A DNA stretch of 63,973 nt, counting the filler, from Psammoneis japonica (taxonomy: Eukaryota), in NCBI GenBank assembly GCA_008632985.1. It is 3 parts of 3 records of this genome, joined end to end, with 100 filler letters (N's around TTAATTAATTAA, not from the genome) between each part and the next. Parts side by side here need not be neighbours in the genome. Positions count along the whole stretch, not along the records: positions 45,513 to 63,973 come from QPGO01000476.1; 2 more parts are not named here. One strand, 5' to 3'. How positions within the stretch are numbered: the stretch's first letter is position 1; each line of letters opens with the position of its first letter. The translations under genes were made by a program, and so were the position numbers. This document shows, piece by piece, positions 48,046 through 62,162 of the stretch. Below the pieces are notes generated by a model. The model was given only the letters and a program-made list of their open reading frames with translations. It made no database searches and had not been told where the DNA came from.

Positions 48046-51000
48046 CGGCAATTTTTTCATGTTCGTGGCCGGTTAAAGGAAAAGAGAAAAAAAGAGGGGA
48101 ATCAACCGTTGAACACACACACACACAATTGACCATGCAACCATGGCCAGAGTTGCACTGGCTTCTTTTGATCCAGGGTGGTTGCTGCAGGTGCAAAGAG
48201 TGGGGCACATTGCAGTTGCAGGAGGGTGACAATGTGGCGCTGAGTGTGTGCCACCAGGCTGAGCAGCCCAGCTTGGGTGTCAGCCAAGCCCTGCCAGGCC
48301 AGCTGCCCTGGCTCCAGCTGCTCTTCCCAGTGTGCGTGAGTTGTTGAAGGAGCACCACATTGACTCAAAGGCTGTGTTTTAAGCGGGGCAGAGAGAAAAA
48401 ACTGTTGTCTTGGCTGGTGCTTGCTTCAGACCCTGCATCATGAGCGCAAGATCCTCTTGAGAAATGAGCAAGAACAGCCATTTTTGGCGCCTCTCTTTGG
48501 TTGCCCACTTGGCATTGCCAACAAATCTTGAACCAAACTTCACTCACAGTTTCTTCACTCTTCAACCACAAAACCAGGTTCAACTTTTTGTTGGCTTCTT
48601 TGTGGCTGGGGTCGCTGTTGCAGGCACAAATGGTGGGCACATGCCATGTGGCTGCTTGGCAACAAGAATGTGATGCCAAGCATGTGCTGCACACCAAGGA
48701 GCCAAGCAGCCCAGCCCAGCTTTGAATGGAGCCCCAGGACAGCAGCCAACTCTGGGTGATCTCAGCATGGTGTGCTTGTTTGGGCTGTGCTGCACTCACC
48801 CCACAGTGCTCTGTGTTGTGGTGGCTTGTTGTGCAAGCCGTGTGGCTGAAGAGCCAGCAGCCAGCCAGGGCCCATCTTGCAAAGGCCACAAATGTTGACC
48901 CTGTGCAAAGCTGTGTGAGGGGGCAGGCACAGGGATTTGCAATGATGGCTTCACAGCCATTGGCCCCAAGTTGGCATTTGATTGGGAGCCAGTGCTGAGG
49001 GGCTGTGAAGTGTGGGGTTGGGAGCCCCAGCCAGCTCGCACTCTCTTTGTTGTCACAAAGTGCTGCCACAGCTGTCTTTGCATTGCAACCAGCCAGGTGT
49101 GGTTGACCCCAAGTTGGCACTTGATTTGGGGTGACTGCCAAGGAGCTGTGAAGTGTGGGGTTGGGCAGTCCAGCCAGCTCACACTCTTTGCTGACAGCAG
49201 AAAGCGCTGTCCGCAGCTGTCCTTGTGCACACATGGCCAGAGCAGCCTTGGCACATCCTGCTGACAAAACTGACAAAGACAGCGACTCTTGTGGTTGAGC
49301 CACTCAGCACGCAGGAGATCTGGGCACACTCCTGGGAAGTCAAACAGGAAGGAGGGCTCAGCATTGCCGCCAGTGCCAGGCACAAATGTCAGCTTGTCTT
49401 GAGAGAGATTCGAGCCCACACAGCCCCGCGTGGGCATCTTTGCTGGCAAAATGGAAAGCATTCTTGAGCACATTCTGGCATGTGGGCAGCACTGTCACCA
49501 AGAGGGCTGCTCTGCAGAGGAAGAGGGAAACAGGCAACAACATTTTGCAAGAACTGTTTTGTGTCAATGGTCGGGTGGGATGTGGCAGCATCTGGACTTT
49601 GATGGAGCATTTGGCGGACAAAGCTTGAGCACAGAGAGTTGTCCACTCAAGCTCCACAAGTGGCACTTTCCAAAGGTGACACCACACATGGGCCATGTGT
49701 TCATGCATCAACATGCCTCAAGCTGCAAGTCACACAAAAAAACCACCACCACCTTTCAACCAACCACCATCATGGACAGAACAGGTCAAGAGGTTCAAAA
49801 CAAGAGCGATTCATTGACTCTCTTCTGGTTCCATGCATTCAAGAGCTTCTTGTCCTTCTCAAATGTTTGTTGTGCATTGTTGTCTCTTTTAATTCAAGTG
49901 CAAAGAGGAGTCACTTTTCTTGTTTCCATCTCTTGAGATGTTGTTGGTTGTTGAGTGATGCAACTTTTGTTGTCACATTTTTGGAAATGTTGGCAAACCC
50001 GATCACTGCTTGATTGTCAACCCATTTGCTGTTTTAAGTCTCCATGGCATAAAATGCCATAATTCCAGAGCCCTCAATTGTTTCATCAAACGCAGTGCTT
50101 TGAAACACGTCCAACATCAACTCGACTCAGTTGAAATCCCAGTTTGTGGGCGATGAAAAATCACGAATGTCAAACAAATGGCTACTTTCGACATCAAGAT
50201 CCCCGAGTTCAATCCAAATGTGACGGTACGCCTCACAGCTTATGGCCATGACACATACAAGCATGCCTCATTGTTGTCATCGCGTCGAGTACTCGTATCG
50301 AAAATGCCGATAGATCAAAGTTCAGGAAAAGGATGGAATACAAATTCATTTGTGTATTCATTAGTGGCATTGGCGTAATGATATTTACGGCAGAAGCAAT
50401 CTAAAATCCTTATTCATCATTGACATTTCTGTATTGCTCAGATTTTGAAATCTGACCACTACCGTTAAGCATTTAGCTGTCTTTGTATGGAAGTGGAAAT
50501 GACACTTAACGATTTACACTAACCATTTAGCTTTCTTTGTGTCGAAGTGGAAATGACACTTAACGATTTACACTAACCATTTAGCTTACTTTGGCTCGAA
50601 GTCAGACAAAGAGATNNNNNNNNNNNNNNNNNNNNNNNNNNNNNNNNNNNNNNNNNNNNNNNNNNNNNNNNNNNNNNNNNNNNNNNNNNNNNNNNNNNNN
50701 NNNNNNNNNNNNNNNNNNNNNNNNNNNNNNNNNNNNNNNNNNNNNNNNNNNNNNNNNNNNNNNNNNNNNNNNNNNNNNNNNNNNNNNNNNNNNNNNNNNN
50801 NNNNNNNNNNNNNNNNNNNNNNNNNNNNNNNNNNNNNNNNNNNNNNNNNNNNNNNNNNNNNNNNNNNNNNNNNNNNNNNNNNNNNNNNNNNNNNNNNNNN
50901 NNNNNNNNNNNNNNNNNNNNNNNNNNNNNNNNNNNNNNNNNNNNNNNNNNNNCGTGAGTTGTTGAAGGAGCACCACATTGACTCAAAGGCTGTGTTTTAA

Positions 51001-54000
51001 GCGGGCAGAGAGAAAAAACTGTTGTCTTGGCTGGTGCTTGCTTCAGACCCTGCATCATGAGCTCAAGCTCCTCTTGAGAAATGAGCGAGAACAGCCATTT
51101 TTGGCGCCTCTCTTTGGTTGCCCACTTGGCATTGCCAACAAATCTTGAACCAAACTTCACTCACAGTTTCTTCACTCTTCAACCACAAAACCAGGTTCAA
51201 CTTTTTGTTGGCTTCTTTGTGGCTGGGGTCGCTGTTGCAGGCACAAATGGTGGGCACATGCCATGTGGCTGCTTGGCAACAAGAGTGTGATGCCAAGCAT
51301 GTGCTGCACACCAAGGAGCCAAGCAGCCCAGCCCAGCTTTGAATGGAGCCCCAGGACAGCAGCCAACTCTGGGTGATCTCAGCATGGTGTGCTTGTTTGG
51401 GCTGTGCTGCACTCACCCCACAGTGCTCTGTGTTGTGGTGGCTTGTTGTGCAAGCCGTGTGGCTGAAGAGCCAGCAGCCAGCCAGGGCCCATCTTGCAAA
51501 GGCCACACATGTTGACCCTGTGCAAAGCTGTGTGAGGGGGCAGGCACAGGGATTTGCAATGATGGCTTCACAGCCATTGGCCCCAAGTTGGCATTTGATT
51601 GGGAGCCAGTGCTGAGGGGCTGTGAAGTGTGGGGTTGGGAGCCCAGCCAGCTCGCACTCTCTTTGTTGTCACAAAGTGCTGCCACAGCTGTCTTTGCATT
51701 GCAACCAGCCAGGTGCGGTTGACCCCAAGTTGGCACTTGATTGGAGTGACTGCCAAGAGCTGTGAAGTGTGGGGTTGGGCAGTCCAGCCAGCTCACACTC
51801 TTTGCTGACAGCAGAAAGCACTGTCGCAGCTGTCCTTGCGCACACATGGCCAGAGCAGCCTTGGCACATCCTGCTGACAAAACTGACAAAGACAGCGACT
51901 CTTGTGGTTGAGCCACTCAGCACGCAGGAGATCTGGGCACACTCCTGGGAAGTCAAACAGGAAGGAGGGCTGAGCATTGCCGCCAGTGCCAGGCACAAAT
52001 GTCAGCTTGTCTTGAGAGAGATTCGAGCCCACACAGCCCCGCGTTGGGCATCTTTGCTGGCAAAATGGAAAGCATTCTTGAGCACATTCTGGCATGTGGG
52101 CAGCACTGTCACCAAGAGGGCTGCTCTGCAGAGGAAGAGGGAAACAGGCAACAACATTTTGCAAGAACTGTTTTGTGTCAATGGTCGGGTGGGATGTGGC
52201 AGCATCTGGACTTTGATGGAGCATTTGGCGGACAAAGCTTGAGCACAGAGAGTTGTCCACTCAAGCTCCACAAGTGGCACTTTCCAAAGGTGACACCACA
52301 CATGGGCCATGTGTTCATGCATCAACATGCCTCAAGCTGCAAGTCACACAAAAAAACCACCACCAACCTTTCAGCCAACCACCATCATGGACAGAACAGG
52401 TCAAGAGGTTCAAAACAAGAGCGATTCATTGACTCTCTTCTGGTTCCATGCATTCAAGAGCTTCTTGTCCTTCTCAAATGTTTGTTGTGCATTGTTGTCT
52501 CTTTTAATTCAAGTGCAAAGAGGAGTCACTTTTCTTGTTTCCATCTCTTGAGATGTTGTTGGTTGTTGAGTGATGCAACTTTTGTTGTCACATTTTTGGA
52601 AATGTTGGCAAACCCGATCACTGCTTGATTGTCAACCCATTTGCTGTTTTAAGTCTCCATGGCATAAAATGCCATAATTCCAGAGCCCTCAATTGTTTCA
52701 TCAAACGCAGTGCTTTGAAACACGTCCAACATCAACTCGACTCAGTTGAAATCCCAGTTTGTGGGCGATGAAAAATCACGAATGTCAAACAAATGGCTAC
52801 TTTCGACATCAAGATCCCCGAGTTCAATCCAAATGTGACGGTACGCCTCACAGCTTATGGCCATGACACATACAAGCATGCCTCATTGTCATCGCGTCGA
52901 GCACTCGTATCGAAAATGCCGATAGATCAAAGTTCAGGAAAAGGATGGAATACAAATTCATTTGTGTATTCATTAGTGGCATTGGCGTAATGATATTTAC
53001 GGCAGAAGCAATCTAAAATCCTTATTCATCATTGACATTTCTGTATTGCTCAGATTTTGAAATCTGACCACTACCGTTAAGCATTTAGCTGTCTTTGTAT
53101 GGAAGTGGAAATGACACTTAACGATTTACACTAACCATTTAGCTTTCTTTGTGTCGAAGTGGAAATGACACTTAACGATTTACACTAACCATTTAGCTTA
53201 CTTTGGCTCGAAGTCAGACAAAGAGATTGGGCTATGGGCTTGTGGTTAACCAGCCACGAGCATGAAATCTTTACCGGTGGCGGCAATTTTTTCATGTTCG
53301 TGGCCGGTTAAAGGAAAAGAGAAAAAAAGAGGGGAATCAACCGTTGAACACACACACACAATTGACCATGCAACCATGGCCAGAGTTGCACTGGCTTCTT
53401 TTGATCCAGGGTGGTTGCTGCAGGTGCAAAGAGTGGGGCACATTGCAGTTGCAGGAGGGTGACAATGTGGCACTGAGTGTGTGCCACCAGGCTGAGCAGC
53501 CCAGCTTGGGTGTCAGCCAAGCCCTGCCAGGCCAGCTGCCCTGGCTCCAGCTGCTCTTCCCAGTGTGCGTGAGTTGTTGAAGGAGCACCACATTGACTCA
53601 AAGGCTGTGTTTTAAGTGGGGCAGAGAGAAAAAACTGTTGTCTTGGCTGGTGCTTGCTTCAGACCCTGCATCATGAGCGCAAGCTCCTCTTGAGAAATGA
53701 GCGAGAATGGCCATTTTTGGCGCCTCTCTTTGGTTGCCCACTTGGCATTGCCAACAAATCTTGAACCAAACTTCACTCACAGTTTCTTCACTCTTCAACC
53801 ACAAAACCAGGTTCAACTTTTTNNNNNNNNNNNNNNNNNNNNNNNNNNNNNNNNNNNNNNNNNNNNNNNNNNNNNNNNNNNNNNNNNNNNNNNNNNNNNN
53901 NNNNNNNNNNNNNNNNNNNNNNNNNNNNNNNNNNNNNNNNNNNNNNNNNNNNNNNNNNNNNNNNNNNNNNNNNNNNNNNNNNNNNNNNNNNNNNNNNNNN

Positions 54001-56671
54001 NNNNNNNNNNNNNNNNNNNNNNNNNNNNNNNNNNNNNNNNNNNNNNNNNNNNNNNNNNNNNNNNNNNNNNNNNNNNNNNNNNNNNNNNNNNNNNNNNNNN
54101 NNNNNNNNNNNNNNNNNNNNNNNNNNNNNNNNNNNNNNNNNNNNNNNNNNNNNNNNNNNNNNNNNNNNNNNNNNNNNNNNNNNNNNNNNNNNNNNNNNNN
54201 NNNNNNNNNNNNNNNNNNNNNNNNNNNNNNNNNNNNNNNNNNNNNNNNNNNNNNNNNNNNNNNNNNNNNNNNNNNNNNNNNNNNNNNNNNNNNNNNNNNN
54301 NNNNNNNNNNNNNNNNNNNNNNNNNNNNNNNNNNNNNNNNNNNNNNNNNNNNNNNNNNNNNNNNNNNNNNNNNNNNNNNNNNNNNNNNNNNNNNNNNNNN
54401 NNNNNNNNNNNNNNNNNNNNNNNNNNNNNNNNNNNNNNNNNNNNNNNNNNNNNNNNNNNNNNNNNNNNNNNNNNNNNNNNNNNNNNNNNNNNNNNATGTG
54501 TCATGGCCATAAGCTGTGAGGCGCACCGTCACATTTGGATTGAACTCGGGGATCTTGATGTCGAAAGAGCCATTTGTTTGACATTCGTGATTTTTCATCG
54601 CCCACAAACTGGGATTTCAACTGAGTCGAGTTGATGTTGGACGTGTTTCAAAGCACTGCGTTTGATGAAACAATTGAGGGCTCTGGAATTATGGCATTTT
54701 ATGCCATGGAGACTTAAAACAGTAAATGGGTTGACAGTCAAGCAGTGATCGGGTTTGCCAACATTTCCAAAAATGTGACAAGCAACAAAAATTGCATCAC
54801 TCAACAACCAACAACATCTCAAGAGACAGAAACAAGAAAAGTGACTCCTCTTTGCACTTAAATTAAAAGAGACAACAATGCACAACAAACATTTGAAAGG
54901 ACAAGAACAAGCTTGAATGCATGGAACCAGAAGAGAGTCAATGAATCGCTCTTGTTTTGAACCTCTTGACCTGTTCTGTCCATGATGGTGGTTGGCTGAA
55001 AGGTTGGTGGTGGTTTTTTTGTGTGACTTGCAGCTTGAGGCATGTTGATGCATGAACACATGGCCCATGTGTGGTGTCACCTTTGGAAAGTGCCACTTGT
55101 GGAGCTTGAGTGGACAACTCTCTGTGCTCAAGCTTTGTCCGCCAAATGCTCCATCAAAGTCCAGATGATGCTGCCACATCCCACCCGACCATTGACACAA
55201 AACAGTTCTTGCAAAATGTTGTTGCCCATTTCCCTCTTCCTCTGCAGAGCAGCCCTCTTGGTGACAGTGCTGCCCACATGCCAGAATGTGCTCAAGAATG
55301 CTTTCCATTTTGCCAGCAAAGATGCCCAACGCGGGGCTGTGTGGGCTCGAATCTCTCTCAAGACAAGCTGACATTTGTGCCTGGCACTGGCGGCAATGCT
55401 CAGCCCTCCTTCCTGTTTGACTTCCCAGGAGTGTGCCCAGATCTCCTGCGTGCTGAGTGGCTCAACCACAAGAGTCGCTGTCTTTGTCAGTTTTGTCAGC
55501 AGGATGTGCCAAGGCTGCTCTGGCCATGTGTGCGCAAGGACAGCTGCGACAGCGCTTTCTGCTGTCAGCAAAGAGTGTGAGCTGGCTGGACTGCCCAACC
55601 CCACACTTCACAGCTCCTTGGCAGTCACTCTAAATCACGTGCCAACTTGGGGTCAACCACACCTGGCTGGCTGCAATGCAAAGACAGCTGTGGCAGTGCT
55701 TTGTGGCAGAGTGTGAGCTCCTGGCTGGGCTCCCAACCCCACACTTCACAGCCCCTCAGCAATGGCTCCCAACCAAATGACAACTTGGGACCAATGGCTG
55801 TGAAGTGCCATTGTTTCAAATTCCTGTGCCTGGCCCCTCACACAGCTTTGCACAGGGTCAACATGTGTGTGTGGCCTTTGCAAGATGGGCCCCTGGCTGG
55901 CTGCTGACTCAGCCACGGCTTGCAACAAGAAGCCACCACAACACAGAGCATTGTGGGGTGAGTGCAGCACAGCTTGAACAAGCAAACCATGCTGAGATCA
56001 CCCAGAGTTGGCTGCTGTCCTGGGGCTCCATTCAAAGCTGAGCTGGGCTGCTTGGCTCCTTGGTGTGCAGCACATGCTTGGCATCACATTCTTGTTGCCA
56101 AGCAGCCACATGGCATGTGCCCACCATTTGTGTCTGCAACAGCGACCCCAGCCACAAAGAAAAAGTTGAACCTGGTTTTGTGGTTGAAGAGTGAAGAAAC
56201 TGTGAGTGAAGTTGGGTTCAAGATTTGTTGGCAATGCCAAGTGGGCAGCCAAAGAGAGGCACCAAAAATGGCTGTTCTTGCTCATTTCTCAAGAGGAGCT
56301 TGCACTCATGATGCAGGGTCTGAAGCAAGCACCAGTCAAGATGACAGTTTTTTCTCTCTGCCCCACTTGAAACACAGCCTTTGAGTCAATGTGGTGCTCC
56401 TTCAACAATTCGCACACACACTGGGATGAGCAGAGCTGGAGCCAGGGCAGCTGGCCTGGCAGGGCTTGGCTGACACCCAAGCTGGGCTGCTCAGCTTGGT
56501 GGCACACACTCAGTGTCACATCTCTTTGCACCTGCAGCAACCACCCTGGACCAAAAGAAGCCAGTGCAACTCTGGCCCTGGTTGCATGGTCAATTGTGTG
56601 TGTGTTCAATGGTCGAATCCCCTCTTTTTTTCTCTTTTCCTTCAACCGGCCACGAACATGAAAAATTGCCG
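48046..56671. mobile_element. Array of a ~2.6-kb non-autonomous TIR element: three direct units (from 48046, ~50660 within the gap, and 53281) plus one inverted, more diverged unit (~54497-56671)
   Basis: Left TIR CGGCAATTTTTTCATGTTCGTGGCCGGTT at 48046 and 53281, reverse complement ending at 56671. Right TIR AACCAGCCACGAGCATGAAATCTTTACCG at 53248-53276. Subterminal 54-bp tandem at ~50490-50590 and ~53102-53200. Confidence 0.8.
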
Positions 56672-57274
56672 AATTCTTCGGATTCTTGGAATTGTCATTG
56701 AGGACATGAGAGGTTGTGGGGACATCCTAAAAAATCGATAAATTCCCTGCGACGGGTGCGTGGCACGGTTTTTCAGGAGAGCTCGAAAGTTCTGAAAAAT
56801 TGGGATTGCCGGCGTGGCATGTTCAAAAATGCATTCAGTTGCACACAAAGACAATTTGTCGTGAATTCTACACGAAAAAGTCACATTGGGGAAAACACAT
56901 CAAACAACAAGTGAGTTTGTGTGATGCGCTGTCATGGCGATAAATTGGAAAAAAAGAGTGTCCGAGCACCTCACCACAGCCCCAAAAATGGCATGAGACA
57001 TCAAACACAACGGTCATCCGCGTCACTGGTGCGGCGGCCATGCTGCTCAGCCGCCACAATGCCAGCCCTGGCGGCAGGGCCCTGTGCACGTACAGGCAAT
57101 GCAGCATGCAACAGCACACACCCACACCCACAAAGAAAGACAAGTGGTCAATGCTCCCCGCAGGCCTGGTTCAGGATTTTCTGCTGTGCGAGAAACGCAC
57201 ACTGGCAGTGCGACACGCGCCTCATTCAATCATTGCCAAAAAGCGGCGACATGGTGGTGGTGCATTGTTGCAGC

Positions 57275-60200
57275 GATGGCAATGACAGTGCACTCCCCAG
57301 CATTCGGGAGTGAAGCAAGAGGTCTGCACATGTCATGTGGACAATTTTGTGTTGTGCAGATGTCTGCACAATCAGTGCGTTGCATGCATTTCTGCGCAAC
57401 ATCTCTTGCACTACAAATTCGGAAACAATTGCGCGATTTCTCGCCCAAAGCAATGATTGGAGCTTTGCGCAGATGTCCATTGAAGCAAAAGAGGGGAAGG
57501 AAAGACACCAGCAAACACCACAGCCTTGAACGGATCGAGCGCCAATGGCGGCGTTCTTCGCTGCAGCTCGTCGCCGCCTGCCGAGGCTGCAGCAGCTGCT
57601 GCAATTTTGAACAAAGAGCAACACATGCCTGCACTGCCACCAGCATGGCTGCCACCCCTCCTGGTGGTGCCATGGGTGCCAGTGCACCTCCAGCACCCCC
57701 AAAAACCTGTCAAGAAAAATGGACAGCTGACAGCGACCACCTTGGCAGGGCATGTTCCGAGCTCCTGCCACCAATGCCACAACCCCGTTGGACTCAGACG
57801 CCACTCTGGATCATGTGCTGGCACCCAGCAACGTCATGCCCAAAGCATTTTTGGCTCTGGCCAACGACAGCGCCGGTGGGTTGCAAGTCACCTGCCTGCA
57901 CCGCCCTTCAGCCTGCACCCATGACCCATTTGCCACGTCACCCTGGGGTGGAGGAGTCTTCTGCTTCCAAGGGAGTGCACCACCCGGGAACTTCATCAGT
58001 GTCCCCAGCGTGCCTGATGACCCCTTTGAGATGGCAGGACCACAAGCAGTTCCAACAGTTGCCAACATGGCGGCGTTGGAAGGGGCGCTTCTCAACAAAG
58101 AGGATTTGACCCCCCCCTCAAACTGACAGCGCACCCCGGACACCGAGACTGCCATGGTTCGAACCATGGCTCAATCCCCACACACTTGCATGTGTCTGGT
58201 GCTCACCCACAATCTGACCCCTCTGCAAGCCTGGAGAGAGCCAGGGGGCACCATTCAGAATGACGGCAGAGCCAGGAACCTGGCGCCACTCATCGACTGG
58301 TTGCAAGTTGCCCTCACCTCCAACACAGCCGCTGCGCTTGATCCTGTCCACTGCATGGATGATCGAGTTGCCACCTTGCCACCATTGGCAGTGGATGCTG
58401 GGTTGCAAGAACATTGGTGGAAAATCCTCCAACAAGACCTGCCAGCCTTGGACACTTGCTGCGAGTTCTGCATGTGAATGTGAGCTTGTCAAAATGCACA
58501 GTTTTGCGCACCCAAACAAATTTTCCTCCACATGCACGTGAAGGTCTGCAGAAAAGTGAGCAAACACACTGAAAACATTTTCAATGCTGACAAAAAAAAT
58601 GGCTGTTTGATGGCTCGAACAGGCAACTGCCGAAGTGCTTCTCAAAAGTGGTCCAGATTGCATGATCCACAGATGCACACTGTCAATCAACATGAGTGCA
58701 CTGTTGAGTGAACAGAGCTTGCCATCCAACAAATGGAGTCGCTGTGCACAAAATGGAACACTCCATCTGTGCCACATTGTCTGCATGGGTTTGTGCACTT
58801 TCAGTCATGTCTCGCACACAAAAAAGTGGGTGCCCGCCAAAGCAAGCTCTTTTGCCTCAAAAATGTGTTGAGATGATGGGGATCTTGCCATTTGCTTCCA
58901 CACTTGTGGCCCTCTTTCTTTGCTGTCTGTCCTGAATGGCATCCCACTCAAACAGAGCTCCATCAGCAAAGGAAGTTGACGACACATTGCTGGAGAAGGT
59001 GCACTCTTTTTTGTCAGAATGGCAACACTTTCTGGCTCCTGGTAACTTTGTTCTGTGTTGGAGGTCTCTGACTGGCTGTTGGGGAGACCATTTTGAAAAA
59101 TGGGTGCAGCCCACCAATGGGGCATTGCAAGATGAATCCCGCTGTCTGCTGGCATGTTCAATTGCACCTTCAGAGCCAGCTGCCACTTCTGCTGCCAGTG
59201 GAGCATCACACTGTGTTTTAAAGAGAATGAACAAAACAAGACGCCATTGCAAAGAACACACGAGCAAGGCTGTTCCTGAGCTTGTGGTGATGTGCAACTT
59301 GGAGCACCCTGGGCAAAAACAGGGTCGTCCTTTTCAGGCCAGACACAGCTGTCACAGCTGTTGCCTTCCCAAGCAATGCAGAAAATCTTGGTCCTGATTT
59401 CTTGCCATGCCCACCTGGTTGGTCTCTCTTCCACAATTTCATCCAACTTCAGTTGTCGTGGACTGACCCTCATTGTGATTTCAAATCCACCAAACTTGTC
59501 CACTGCAAGTTGCACGGCCAGGTGCGCTGTGACAAATTGGCCGGGTGGTTGTTCAGGTGGCTTGGCTTTGGGTGATTCAAGTCCTCCTTCATGTCTTGGA
59601 GGCATGATGAAAGTGTTGCTCAAGAGAAAATAAAGAATGCACCCTTGTCAGGAATGTCTTGCATGAACTTGATGATTTTGGGAGCAAACTTGGGTGGAGT
59701 CAATGTGTGCTTCACCCTGTCACTCAGCAGCTGGACCAGTCATTTGCAGACAGTGTTGGAGTCACATCACACTCACATCGGCACAAAAAGCTCATCTCCC
59801 CCACTTGCATTCAAAAGAGAGTTTGCAGCTTGCCTTCTGGTCCTTGATGGTCCATGTGAAAGTTGGCAAACAGAAGGTCGAGGGCAAGTGTGTGGTTGAC
59901 AACCTTCTGCTCCACAAATTCACAGAGCTCTTTGTTGTCCATTGGAGCTGCTGCATCATCATGTCCCTGTCTTTTCACTTGCTGCTGGACTTAAAACAAC
60001 ATCCTGGACTGTTCCAAGATGGCGTCAATGATCAAAAAGCAGATTTTTCCAAGAGCACAAGACACAGAATGTGGCAGCCATGGAGGCTGCCCATCTTCAG
60101 CTCTGCCAGAATCCAAGCCAGCCATTCACAGAGAATGAAGTGGAGCTCATTGAGTTTCTCTTTGCATTCTTTGTTGGTGGTTTCTTCCAACAGCTCATCA

Positions 60201-60876
60201 AGGTGCATCTTGATTTGCATGTTCTTGATGATTCTTGGACTGAAAGACAGTGAGGCATTTTGGCCTGCTTGCAGTCACACTCCCCAGACACAATCGCAAT
60301 GATTTGCGGAACATGTGCTCTGCTTCATTTTGAGTTCACACCATCAGCAGGGAAATGAACAGCACTGCATCAGCAGCTGATGGCGAACATGCTGGTGGCC
60401 CTCATCAACAGCCCTGATGTGGTGCTTGACTTGCCCCTTGGAGTGGACTTTTGCACCAGGCTCCAGCTGGACCACCTTGCTTGTGCCCCATGCCTGGTGC
60501 AATGTGTGTCCCTGGATCACAATGGTCCAGAAGCTGGGCCCCTGGCTTTGGATTGTGCTGCTGAATCCAGCCAGCAGCTTGATCAGCATCCCAAGCAGGG
60601 TTCCTTGGCAGGACTCACCTCACAGGTGTGCCAGCTTGGGTCCGTTTTTGCTGAGTTGGATGCCGGGCGGGTCAAGCCAGGCCAGGTTCAAGGCATCAAC
60701 ATTGACCGGCCGCTTGCTGCCATTGTCGATCGCACCGCACATGATGATGGCGATGACAGCGCACTCCCCAGCGTTTGGGAGTGAAGAGGTCTCCACAACA
60801 TGCAGACAATTTTACATTGCGCAGAAATCTGCGCGCAATCAGTGGGCAGCATGTTTCTGCGCAATGTCTCTCGTAA
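57275..60876 (+). repeat. Diverged ~140-bp direct repeats at ~57275-57415 and ~60746-60876
   Basis: GATGGCRATGACAGYGCACTCCCCAGCRTTYGGGAGTGAAG...GACAATTTT...AATCAGTG...TTTCTGCGCAA in both. The core also occurs inverted at ~62606-62625. Confidence 0.7.
57640..58480 (+). pseudogene. Decayed transposon ORF, possibly ORF1 of a diatom tyrosine-recombinase (DIRS/Ngaro-like) retroelement
   Basis: Fragments LHRPS...SPW.G.VF.FQG and LTP.QAW..L..LIDWL.VALT recall ORF1 of diatom YR retroelements. This is from memory and unverified; no RT or recombinase found downstream. Confidence 0.3.
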
Positions 60877-62127
60877 CTTCCGACCCAACTCCCTGAATGA
60901 AGGGAGAAAGAGTTCAGATGCAATGCTCAGGTCTGCTCTCTAGCTGCCAGAGAGCAGGCATGTAGACCTCGGTGTCAAGAGGGCCAGAAACTGCACAAGA
61001 GCCAAGCACGTGCATTCCCACACAGATGCAGCACAAAAACACAAAGCGGCGCTCCATCACGACTCCTCGCGACACACCACCTGACAACAATCCATCAAAA
61101 TGGCGCCATCCACATCTTTCTGCAGCTCCTCTTTCACTTGCCTGATTTCTCCAAAAGGGCCCAGGGGCAGCTCGCACACTTGTGTCATGACAGAACAGTG
61201 CAAACACAAGTTGTTTTTTCATTCCAAAATCTCAGAATGGTGCAGTGCAACAGGGGTTGTCAAAGCAAACTCGCATGTTGGCTGCATCAGCCAAATCAAC
61301 ACCTTGTTTGCTGTTCACTCTGGAGCAACAACAGAGATGCAGCACCCTGACAAAATGCGCTCTGCACTCGACAAATTGCGAAGCTCAAAATTCTTGTTGG
61401 AAGACACTCTGGATCTGCTTTAGAGACTTGACACAATGACTCATTTGTCCTGTCATTCACCCTCTTAATTTGTTGCATTGGCCAACAACTGGGGTGAGTG
61501 AGTCACATTTTCCAGGTCACAAACTGCAGCACAGCCAAAAGAAGCAATCTGTGCCTTTGGAACCATCATGATGCACTGGTCTGCCAAACAAAACTCCACA
61601 TCACCACCCAAAGATGGGGGGAGAACTCTTGTCAAAAGTGTGCAATGATGTGTTTGATCTGTTGAGAGCTTGCCCAGCTTAAGACATCACAGCTCCAAGT
61701 TGCCACATTTGTTGTGAACTCTTCCTGATGCTGTGTCTGTGGCTTGGCTTCGTTGTTGAATTGCCGTGGCCATCGCACTTCAGAAATGACACTTGACAAG
61801 AAAAAGTGTCTCTGGGACACCTCACGACAACGGAGACCCTGCAGAACAAAAGAACAATGCAGAAAGAGAAAACACATGCAAGTTGGATGGTNNNNNNNNN
61901 NNNNNNNNNNNNNNNNNNNNNNNNNNNNNNNNNNNNNNNNNNNNNNNNNNNNNNNNNNNNNNNNNNNNNNNNNNNNNNNNNNNNNNNNNNNNNNNNNNNN
62001 NNNNNNNNNNNNNNNNNNNNNNNNNNNNNNNNNNNNNNNNNNNNNNNNNNNNNNNNNNNNNNNNNNNNNNNNNNNNNNNNNNNNNNNNNNNNNNNNNNNN
62101 NNNNNNNNNNNNNNNNNNNNNNNNNNN

Positions 62128-62160
<33 letters not shown>
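62128..62160. repeat. (CA)n microsatellite at gap edge
   Basis: Direct reading. Other short SSRs at ~24044 (CT)n, ~24945 (CTA)n, ~28022 (CT)n, ~29664 (GT)n. Confidence 0.9.
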
Positions 62161-62162
<2 letters not shown>

